A stretch of 61,995 bases of DNA, counting the filler, from Catajapyx aquilonaris (lineage: Eukaryota): the NCBI GenBank assembly GCA_000934665.2. It is 3 parts of 3 records of this genome, joined end to end, with 100 filler letters (N's around TTAATTAATTAA, not from the genome) between each part and the next. Parts side by side here need not be neighbours in the genome. Positions count along the whole stretch, not along the records: positions 20,838 to 41,372 come from JYFJ02006242.1; 2 more parts are not named here. One strand, 5' to 3'. Shown here piece by piece: positions 25,064-36,400 of the stretch (positions are counted from its first letter, which is position 1; each line of letters starts with the position of its first letter). Below the pieces are notes generated by a model. That model did not search any database, had not been told where the DNA came from, and saw nothing but the letters and a program-made list of their open reading frames with translations. Both the position numbers and the translations under genes were made by a program.

Positions 25064-28000
25064 ATGGAGGCTGAAAATTGCTTTCGAGGGAAATCAGCTC
25101 TTGTGACTGGAGCTGGAAGGGGTAATGTTTGGTTGTACTGCCTAATAAGACATGTCATATGTGAGCCTGACAGCCACAGGTTAAAAATAAGTCAGGTTGG
25201 TGGTATAGGAGATAGGTGCCTACACCACAGAACTGTGCGCTACTTATTATGAAGGCATGTGTAGGGAACTAGGTGCAAATTACTGTATTTACTGTTTTTT
25301 AAATTATGCTGTCATTGCCAAAGGCCTCTTTAGAAACTTACTTTAGTACTGGTACTGAAAGTGGCAAAAAAAAAAACTCATGCAAAAAACTATGCATCTG
25401 TGCATAGCAGTAAGGCCTGCTGTCTAAGTGGATTGCCTAAAAACTCGATCTTGCCACTATGTGCAGAGCGTCGATTTTAGAAAGTACGGCAGCATAGTCA
25501 ATGTCGCTTTATCAGTAGCCGATGTGGTATGTCAGTGGTTATATGAGCAAGGTTATGAACCGTCCACAATCTAAAGCTTCGTGTTTTATTACAGAATTTA
25601 GCCATATATCATTCAAATATCAATTTATAAAATATGAAGTGGTAACGTGTGTTTACCATGTGTTTCACCATTTTTCATATGTCTGTATCAGCGGAAATGC
25701 CATGTATACTTTATGTAGGCTACACATACAGTAGTGCAGTCACTACCACAAATGTGAACCATGTATGGGGGTTTTTTCATGACAATATGTAATAAAGCAT
25801 TGTGCATCTTTAAAAAATGTGAATTTATGTAGTGCCCCCAAGATTTTTGCACTTACACAATTTTAAAATATTGCTTCAATTTGGTTTTGAACAAATACCA
25901 TTAATCTTCTGTAATCTTTGTGTGGCTCCTTGTATGAGACTGACGCGCTGCCTACTGCGCTACCGAGGCATCTATGGCTCCTTGTATTGTTGTGACGTCA
26001 ATATGTTTTGAAAGAGCAAGCATTTTCCTTAACATCAAGCACAGTATTAATGAGGTGGAAGGAATTATACATTATAATTATAATTATACATAATATATAT
26101 CATTTATACATTATTAAAATGTGCCGAGTCCTTGCACCCATATGGCAATGAATGACCTCCTCATATTGTTAGGTGCAGTACTGTGAAATTCCATTTCATG
26201 AAGTCCACACTTGTTTGTGTAGACAGAATGCCTGTACCATCACACATGCTGAATTACATTTACATATAATGTGTCCCAAGTATCCAAGTCCTTTTAGTTA
26301 TTGCAAATTTGGCTAAAAGTTGTTTTTTGCACCCCAATCGAGGTGACCAATTATTCCTAGGTGTGGTCGAATATTCTCGTAGCAGCTTCTATATAATTTG
26401 GCACCTCCATCAGGGTGCAAATGGCTACACAAACACAACTTTGGGTAAAATTTGCAATAACTAGAAAGACCTGGCTACTTGAAACACACTATAAATTATG
26501 TTTAAATGTCATTAATACTTGCAGAATCTAGTTCTACATTGTCCCATGGAAAACTACAATATCAATTGTGTCAAAGAATCATTGATTGAAATTTTTAACC
26601 TAGCATGCATGAAAGTTGTAATTGCATAGGAAACCATGACTGGACTATATTTAGTAGTTTTTATAGTGCTGAAACTTGATATGGGAATCAGTATTTGGGA
26701 TAAATATTTTTGGAGTTTGGACATTCTGGGACTTTGAATGTACTTAGTTAGCTTTTCTTATTATGCTAATGCATAATGTTTAAATTGACTACTTTGCAGT
26801 TCATTCATTGCCTTGCATTAATTGAGCATTTCCAATGTACAACAACATGAAATGCTTTCCTTGCTGAAATTGAAGGGAATTTGATATATTTCCTTCCTTT
26901 TTCATATCATAGGTCTATAGGGCATGGGTGGAAGGAACTCTTATATACCGTAAAAGTGTTTCCAAGAGTCCTTAAAAGTTAATGACATTGTAAAGGTGTA
27001 ATAACTTTTCACCCTTTACAGGAATAGGGCGTGACATTGCAATATGTCTGTACAAACATGGTGCCAAAGTGTTTGCCCTGTCACAAACTCAGGCCAATTT
27101 GGACTCCCTGAAGAAGGAATATTCAACTATAACAACAATTTGTGTGGACCTGAGTGATTGGAATGCCACCAGGAAGGCAGTGGAATCTCTTCCACCAATT
27201 GATTACCTTGTCAACAATGCTGCTGCTTGTGTCCTTGCACCATTTCTGGAGCTGAAGCCAGAAGGAGTGGACCAGTGAGTAACTGACAAGCTGTAGGCGA
27301 CAGTTAACGAGCCCCCCTAACAATGCATTTGATGACTTACAGAACATTTTCTGTCAATGTGAAATCCGTTGTTAACATTGGCCAAGTAATAGCCAAGAGC
27401 ATGATTTCACGTGGAAAAGGTGGGAGTATTGTCAACATTTCATCACAGGTGCGTGGAAGCTGCAGATATAGGATATAAGTTAGAATATAGCCTACTTAAC
27501 AATGTGTCTTACACTTTCCATATTTGCAGGCTTCTCAAGCAGCTCTAAAAGAGCATGCTATCTATTGTGCCTCAAAGAGTGCTTTGGACATGCTCAGCAA
27601 AGTGATGGCCTTAGAACTAGGACCTCATAAGGTATGTACTGATACTACCTGGCTTCATATCATTACATCTACTTTCAATATTTCAGATTCGAGTCAACTG
27701 TGTGAATCCCACTGTAGTACTGACGGATATGGGCCGCTTAGGATGGTCAGATCCAGCAAAAGCAGAGAGCATGCTGTCCAAAATTCCACTGGGCAGGTTT
27801 GCAGGTAAATTACTCTTGCAAGCTACTTGATGTGGAAGATGCCAAAGTGCTCTATTTCTAACCTTGTCCAATAATTGATAAGAAAAATGAAAGTTCAAGT
27901 TTTCTTTTATTAATGCATTGTATGGAGTAGGTCAGGAAGATGAAATGATGCTACTTTCCTTATGGCATGTTTTATACTTGCAATGGTGCCACGCATGTAA

Positions 28001-31000
28001 CAACTAACATTGGTATAGGTTGTCCTAGATTAATTTTATGGCCCTCATTGAAACCTTTATACTGTGATCATTGGGTACTCAACTTTTAAATAAACCAGTG
28101 ACTTCTAACAATGCAGACATTGCCAGATTTGTTAACAGCGCTGGCTTATTGGAGAGTTTGAGGTCTTCAAAGTGTAAGGATTTTTATAAAGGAGAGAGAG
28201 AGAGAGAGAAATGTGCTTGTATTTTGCCTGGAAACTGAAATGAGTTTTTAAAAGTGACCCTGAGAAATGAGGCGGCGGCAGCCAAAAGTGGCTATGTTCG
28301 ATTTTTGTCATTTTTTAGTTAACACCACCATAAAAATCTTCAAGTAAAGGCACACCTAATGAGCCAAAGCGCCAGATCAAAATGAGTTTTCTTGGGGCCA
28401 AAACAAGTGGAAGAAATCTGATGAATTAGGTGTTTGTTATTTGTGTGTGCTGGAGTACAATGAAAATAAATGACAATTTTAGCTAGCAATTCTTAAAATA
28501 CAGAACAATTATTGCAGTTTAGCATCATCCACAATCTCGATTTTGATCATGTGATTCCTGTGCCATCTGTTCCGACCTTCTATCCATGGGAAAAATCAGT
28601 CTAAATTCTGCTGCCTTCCCAATACAATGTTAGTTTCTTTTCCATTGATCATCATCTCTTCAATAATAATTCAGCCTACATCAGCCCACTATATCACAGT
28701 GGTAGAAAGGTGTGTAAGACTCCAATCAGTCAGTTGATCAACCTGACCTGAATCTCAACCTTAATTAAACGGTAACAGATATCAATATTTCATGCAACCT
28801 GCTGAATTTGAATTTTGACAAGCTTTCAAGTCAACTCGGCTGTCTTCATTCCCCTCAGCTTTCCTTCTTTCCAATTGTCACAATATGTCCAGATGAAAGC
28901 CACAGCTTCAGGGGAAAACAAAACAAAAACATTCCAGCATGCCTTTAACACAACTCAGTGCAAGATCAGGATCTTTTGCCTCCCCCATAATATATTGCCA
29001 AGGCATCTTCCCCACACTTACCACCTTGATCATTACCAAAAATAATCATAATATCGCAGTTCACAGATATATACAGCAGCAGCAGCTAGCGCAATCTTAA
29101 CAGGTTGGGAAGGATGCTATATGACCCTTTTGCAACAAAAAATGTGTGCCCATAGTACATGTGTGGCTTGTACTGTCACTCTAGAATTTATCTCACTGAC
29201 AGGAATGGGTATCAGGGGTCAAAATAGGACAAAAGAGTAGAGGAACAAAGTGCAGTACAAGCAATAATACTGACCCAAGAGGGGTGTTCAGTAGTTTCAC
29301 CACAGCCATGAAGGAGTAGATATCCTGGAAGAATATTTGTTGTGAAGGACTCATCAGGGTAACTAAGTTATTGAACATGTAAGGGGTGTATGTGATAATA
29401 TAGGCCATTACCTAATTTCCTTTATGATTGGCCATAGTACTTTAAGAATCTCTTGTGCCACTACATGCCAATGGAGATGATGAAATATTGCCACTACAGA
29501 ACTAAATGAACTCACCTATATCTTTCCTGTTTTTGCCACACAATACTCATATGTTGGTTACTGTTCGACATTTCTCTGCCTTATCATCACATTTTATACC
29601 CTGGCATCTCTTCCTGCTGATTTTGAACCTGTTTTTGTGACAGTGTGTGACATGTCCTCTGTTCGCCTTTTTGACTCCATCTGTAATGACTGCCTCTAAT
29701 TTTAAAATTTATGGAACATTTCTCTCAGATATCCACTGTAAATGTGAATCTGTATAATTTGACAAATACAACTTTCTGGCCAGTGCAGAATTTATCACTC
29801 AATTTGGGCCTTAGCCACGTCCATGGAAAGCATCTCTAATATATTTTTTTTAAATAATTGTGTGCGTGTGTGCGATATTATTGGCAGTAAAAAAGTTAGG
29901 GGGAAAACACAGTTCTACCTCCAATCATTGACCTGCTCAATGGTTTTGAGTCAATACTAGTTTTACCATACCATCAAAAATATATAAAAAAGATTTGATG
30001 GTGATCTACTTAAAATATAACCAATTGGTTATCTGATGCTCTTGAAAATACCATTAGAATCACACTCATATCAGTAAAAATAGAATGTGCATAATTTTGC
30101 TTTGCTAGATTCACCTCATCTAAACCCCATGGCAAGAGCAATATATTCATAATAATATCCTGAATAGTGCAGTAGACGTTGGATGCAAGTCGTGTTGTCT
30201 ACGACTTAAAATCTAATGATGAGAATCATCCACTTTTTCTAACATGCCTGCCGACAGATAACTGAGACATGTAAAAAACATACTCAATTCACATCTACCG
30301 TATTACCTCTCATAAAGCGGCATGCCGGTGTAGTGGAGGTCGACCAGTTTTTAGAAATGCATGATCTGGTGGCTATACCGGCATGCTGGTATAAGGCAAG
30401 GTTTTCACATAAGTTACATTATGCTTTCTGAACTTGACATTTGCCTGAAAATCGAAATTCACGTAAAGGCTATCGAAAATGCACATTAAAGCAGGCTGAC
30501 GATGGGATTGGTCACATACTCTATATTTTTTATATGCACCGTGCAACAGAACTTGCATAATTATTCTCACAGCTTGTACACTTGCCGATTTTCATTGTAA
30601 CATTATTTTAGTACAGTACCAGAAGCATTGCAATTTTTTTTTTAAGAATCAAAATTACAGAATCTATACCTCTGTTATTGCGGCATGCAGGCCACCCCCG
30701 GGGTATACCGGCATGTTGGTCGACCTCGTTTCATACCAGCGTGCCGCTTTATGAGAGGTAATACGGTAATTTGGTGTAAAAGGAATTATTTGATGGCTAT
30801 TTGGTTATTGATGTAGCTAAGGCCAGGTGAAGGGAAGGGGGTAATCACAGAGCAAGGATACAAACCAAGATGTCTGGCAATCAGGTGAATCCTCTTGTGT
30901 ATCTCATGTTTTTTCTGGAGTGTCCAATTCAAACTAAATCACCCAAGATTGTGAGACCACTGAGGGAGAGTTTGGTTCATTCAACACATTCCTGTAGTAA

Positions 31001-31187
31001 AGCCAGATGTGACATTGCATGACATACTTTAGTGCATGAGGTCAGAGTCAACTCATATTAACAATTCTAATTTTCCTTTTCAGAAGTAAATGAAGTTGTG
31101 AATGCTGTCATGTTTCTTCTCAGCGACAAGTCTTCCATGATCACTGGCACTACATTGCCTGTCGACGGTGGATTTTTGGCTTGTTAA
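25064..31187 (+). CDS. DCXR: L-xylulose reductase / dicarbonyl reductase (SDR family), complete, 6 exons, 246 aa
   Basis: Exons 25064-25121, 27022-27274, 27343-27448, 27530-27631, 27687-27804, 31084-31187; all GT-AG, phases consistent, 741 nt. Motifs [66 protein letters not shown]. Confidence 0.93.
25933..25969 (-). pseudogene. 5'-half tRNA-Met(CAT, elongator) tailless retropseudogene
   Basis: Minus strand reads GCCTCGGTAGCGCAGTAGGCAGCGCGTCAGTCTCATA, matching the first 37 nt of metazoan elongator tRNA-Met as recalled and ending one base after the anticodon. Direct repeat TGGCTCCTTGTAT at 25923-25935 and 25975-25987. No poly(A) tail. Confidence 0.85.
26264..26493. mobile_element. Old Tc1/mariner-type MITE in DCXR intron 1
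   Basis: Imperfect inverted arms of about 58 bp (TATAATGTGTCCCAAGTATCCAAGTCCTTTTAGTTATTGCAAATTT versus the reverse complement of the right end). TA-rich termini. Confidence 0.7.
30298..30766. mobile_element. pogo/Tc2-type MITE (469 bp) in DCXR intron 5
   Basis: Perfect 25-bp TIR CCGTATTACCTCTCATAAAGCGGCA, extending imperfectly to GAGGTCGACCA. TA duplication at 30296-30297 and 30767-30768. Confidence 0.88.
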
Positions 31188-32284
31188 AGTGACGGACGCC
31201 CTTGGAATGACATGGGAACAGCTATGGAAGTTATGTTACAAACAAGGGGGTAACCACTTCGTGGAACCAGTATACAGGGTCCCTGTGGAACCGGCCTGGA
31301 ACCGGGTGGAACCATCTGGTTCCAGGAACTGGTGTACACTTTTTGGGGGATTTTGCCACTCATATAAGAGATTAATTTGACCAAACATGATTTAGTTGCA
31401 AATTTTGATTAGCATTGGCATATTTTAAACAAGCATGCAGTGAAATTACAACTGAACATATTTTTCCAAATGAATTTTGTATAGATACCTGTGACATACT
31501 GAAATGATTGATACCTCATAGTGCACTCATGTGTCTAGCAGTGTTTCCAAAACTACGATGCCTAGATTGAACTTGTTTTCAAAACCTGCAGTACATACAG
31601 TAATGTGAACATGACTGTACTGAAGTTCACTTTATACTGTAGTACCTGAGTGACATTCAAAATGTCGCTGCTACATGAATGCTGGCATGGAAGAACGTTG
31701 CAAATGATTTTTGGCAACTTTTCAGGAGACGTGTTTTTCTGCCGTGGATCCCATGCAAAGTGAATGCACTCTTGCTGGAATGTCCGGCTTTTTCTCAGCT
31801 AAATGAACGGATAGCGTTGGGTGGACTATACCGTTCGAACCAGCTGGTCATTTGCTACGTTTCTACAGTGTCAACTCAAAACAGCCAAAATGACACTTAC
31901 AAGGTTCTTCCATGCCAGCATTCACATAACCTCATGGTTTCACTGTATGTGATCAGAAATTGATTCAATCAAGTGAAGTGCTGCAGATTAACTGCACTGG
32001 ATTTGTATGACACAACCTTCCATGGGACCAGCATAACGTTAAATTTTGTCACATTGAAGAGAACCCCACTGTTAGTAGCCCCTGTTGTGACACCCTGGTT
32101 TGGTTTTCTACTCCCCATTTTTATATGGAAAATGTTGTATTGTTCCTTCATATCTGTCAAAATACAAAAGTTGAAAAATCAACAATGATTTTATTTCATT
32201 TCAGTGGAGAGGGTGAGAATTGGCACCATTACAATATGCAAGATCCTACTAGTCAAGGATCTTGGGAGTTGCCATAGATTAACC

Positions 32285-32780
32285 CAGAGCTTCTCAAACC
32301 ACAACCTGTGAGCCACTTACAGCTCTTTTGTGCCACTTAGGGTAGGTTCCAGTAACAGTGCTCAAGCTTTGAGCAGTGTTTGGGCCTATGGTAGGAGCAC
32401 TGCCCTAGAACTGCTTAGAGCTCTGGCAATGTTGGTGGGAAACCAGCCGTTTGGTTTTCATGTGTCTTTATTCTTATTTCATACCGCCAAATATGACCAA
32501 ATATAACATCTGCTATTATTCATTTCAGCAAACAAAATTGTTCAACTTGAAATATCCACCAAAAATCATATTAGCAAAGTTACGGGCTTCATATTTCGGA
32601 ATGAAATCCTGGTAACCATTCAGTCCAAGTAGCATGCAAATGCTTCAAATAGGCTTATCTAATGGTTAACTATTTCATGTTTAATTTTTAATGTAATTAT
32701 TATTTTTAAATGTAGATGGCCCACAGGAGAGAGATGAAATCAGAAAGTGGCCCTTGCCTTAAAGAGTTTGAGGATCCCTG
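32285..32780. mobile_element. Degenerate hAT (Charlie-like) MITE
   Basis: Ends CAGAGCTTCTCAAAC / GTTTGAGGATCCCTG. Flanking 8-mers GATTAACC and GTTTAGCC (6/8 identical) fit a decayed 8-bp TSD. Confidence 0.6.
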
Positions 32781-33419
32781 GTTTAGCCCCAGTTTTTTTA
32801 CACTTTTAATTTCAAGTTTTTGGTAATCGATGCACAAAGAATCATCAACATAAGGTTTAACATCTGAAAACCCATAGAGCTGCTTCCATCAATGTGGATT
32901 ATGATACATACAGTAAGTCTTAATTAAGTCTGATATGCAAAATATCAGTTTAAATTAATATTCAACTTTTACACTACATTGGTGAAACCAGCCCTGAAAG
33001 TCAGCCAAAATACCAATGAATTCAAGTGGAAAGACTGACGTAAATGACTTAACCTTTCGACTCCTGCAACCAGACTGTCAGAGACTCGAGGTACAGGTAG
33101 TCGTACCATATTTGTGAAAATATCAGGAGGATTTCAGAGTGGTCTATATGATACATTACCTCGAAGAATTTTGTTTCTTCATTGTGGTAGTTTCCTTTGT
33201 TCACAGTGGGGGAAAAGGTATTAATTTAAGGCCACAGATTGAGGAACTCTAGACGAGATGGAAGGCCCCTTTGCAACTATCTTCCTCAAACTTGGCCAGG
33301 AAGGTTGGAGCAGCACAACACATTGCTGCTATGCACTATGTACAACTTTTACACCAAATCCTGAGTAGTAGGTTGTTCCGAGGCCAATGTGAAAGGGACT
33401 GTGATGTTTCCACCTGGTC

Positions 33420-36400
33420 TTATGGGTCGCCATTTTTTGTGGTCCCATTCACTTCAGAGTCATATGTCTAAAAGACAACGGTTATTTTGAGTAATCTGAA
33501 CTTAATGCCCTGCAAAGAGTTTAAATTACCTTGTATGAGGGATTATCATATGCAGCTTGAGAACTGGTCTGAGTTGTGGTTGGTGAGGCTTGACCTTGTC
33601 GTCGTAATAGTAGTAACAGCAGCACAAGAATGACTCCAATGGCAAGGGCTGCCACAACTGCTACTGCCACTAGGGCTCCATAATAACTACCACTTTCGTC
33701 ATGCATTGCACGGGCTTCTTCTGCAGCTGCCAGTCGGCCTGAATATTAGGAAAATATGTCAGGGTGATTGGCCTTCATTTCAAACTGACTGCACTAAACT
33801 GACCTTGTTCAGTCTTTCCAGAAGATAAAACACCAGGCTTGGTGACTACATCAATTGTGTTGCTCTTCTTTCTCTTACCATTTGTCAAGTACACTTCCAT
33901 CCAAAGTCGATACCTGGAGAATGTTTGGTATAGTGAAAATTGAACATGTCTTTCTTTTTATTAAATAATTGTTGTACCTTGTTACTGGCTTCAAGTTCTT
34001 GATGATAATGCTTGATGGGATATCCTTTTTGGCTTGCTTGAATGAATTGGTCTGTTCTTTTTCTCTGTCACTCTGGTATGTCACTTGGTAAATACTGATG
34101 AACTTTTCTTCTGGGGATGGTATGCCACTCCAAGTAATTTCAACAGAGTTCTCAGAAACCTTTGAATCGTGAATTTCCACCTCAAAGTCATATGGATCTG
34201 TAAAAGAATGCAATCATGAATACCATTGCATTTGCCTGTGAATCTCAAGATTAGGATGGCTCTGATTTTTTGTGAAAGGTTTGAATTTCATAATCTTGAT
34301 ATGGACTGCCATATTGGTAGTATGTGTGATGTTCTGGAGGTAGTCATGCTAAGCAAATTCAGGAAAAAGAGTCCTAAATTACATTTTTGGTAAAGTATAT
34401 TGTATATACAGTAAAACCTCAATATAACACTCTTCAAGGGACCGCCCAAAAGTAGTGTTATATCGAGGTTTTACTGTAATGTGTATTGCACAATTGAGGG
34501 AAATGAGTCAAAAAAGCGAGATATGGATGAGGCACAGTCCATCATCTAATTCCTTCCAAATATCACTTAGCATTTGCTAATGTAATTTCTTTTTTGTGAG
34601 AGAGGTATTATGATATTTATTATTCTAAAATGGAACTTTTTAAGCAGTTTTGATCGCATTCTACGTATCGATACAGTGAAAACTGTGCATAGCGGCATTC
34701 AGTGAAATGGCAAACTTGATGCTAACATACAGTCTCTCTGACTTTAAAAAATTTTCAAGTGAATTTCAGAAGGATCATGAATTTTAAGTAGTGCCTTTCT
34801 AAATGAAAGTACTGTCATGCCTGGTTGTACCAACAAAATTACCGGTCCGATAGCTCCTAATGGACAGATAGACCTTTTAACATGTGCTATCGGTCCGTTA
34901 GGAGCTATCGAAGCGGTAATTTTGTTGGTGCAACCAGGCACTAAGCTTTAAAAATTCCTTTGTTCTTCCCATTCATCAACAAGGTGCAATAGCTGACTGC
35001 ACATGAAGTTGCCATTGGAAATATATTTTTACCCTCAACAAGCAGTCTAATGTACGGAAAACGAGAGAACGATCTGACATCAACGTTTCCTCCATTGTTG
35101 CTTTTTGTTGACACTGTTTACTCATATTGTTCTGTGAGGGTATTTTCATGGAAACTTTGATGATGTCAGATCGTTCTCTCATTTTCCGTACATTAGATTA
35201 GTTTACCAATGGGGTTTAGATAAAATGTAGAATTTTTAGGCTGACATTTTACTTATTGCAATGTTTGAGTTTTACTTTCATCAATTTTACTTCATAAAAT
35301 TCCCCTGCGCTGTAATCACTTCTACAAAAGAGGTAAATAAAGGGTTGAGCCTATAACAATAAATTCAAAGCTTGTAAAACATACCATTTTCAGCAGCTGT
35401 GGCTAAGTGAACAGGCCTGGCAGAAAGCAGGACTGTAGGACTACCTGCCACAGGCAGAAACAGAAGGTCCACTTCATATTCAGTTTCTGGTATGAGGTCC
35501 TCCAACAAGTAGCTTGTGACAGAACGATGGAGAAGAGGGGAAGTGGAGAATGTGTGTTCACCTGCAGGCCTGTACTTGAGTTGCACACCATCAGTCAGTT
35601 GAAGTTCTCTTGGTGACAGTGACCGCCATGACAATTGGGCATGAGAATCACTAGTCTCAGTGACACGCATTTCGGTATCAATCACTAACTGGGGTGGCAG
35701 GTTGGTCGTTGTACTTAGTGGAGCTAAGGAGAGATCAACTTATTAGATGCAGGTCACATGATGTAAAACAGAACATTACCTTCTGGTGGAGTGTGCACTG
35801 ACACTATTGGACTGCTGGGTCCGTTTTGTATATCTCGCATCAGGATACTAACTCTTAGGTGATACTTGGTATCTGGCTGCAGGTCAGAGAGGGCAAATTC
35901 TAATTGCGGTGAATGCAACAACTCATCCTGTTGAGCGAAAACTTGTCTTTCCCATTCACTGCTGCCACTAGGATCGTCACTGTACACAACTTCGACAACT
36001 CCATGTAAGCCAACCAGAACAGGAGGCAAAGAGAAACTGATTTGGACTGTAGTTGCATTGATAGGCGTCACGACTAGGTTGCGCAAGGAGGCTGCAAAAT
36101 GTTAATAAAAATCATCAGGATTGGTGGTCCAGTTGACCTGCAGCACTTGGTGGTTTACCTGATCCAGAACCCTGGCTGCCACTTGGTGGTCTATTTTCTG
36201 TACCAAATCCTGCAATTAAATGCAAGATACAAATGATTTTGGAATTTCCATAATTTTCAGTTTTCTATGTACAGTACAGGCTCCATGCAACTTAGCTTCC
36301 ACTGCCACATCTCTGCTCTATTTACAGCTGCAAAGGTAAGTTATTACCTTTCATGCGAGTCACAGGCCAATAATGATGGATACAACCGCTGTCTTGCTAT

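Noticed and set aside
31589..31648. 60-nt imperfect hairpin downstream of DCXR as a pre-miRNA
   Set aside because: AT-rich with several bulges and no match to a conserved miRNA that I recognise.
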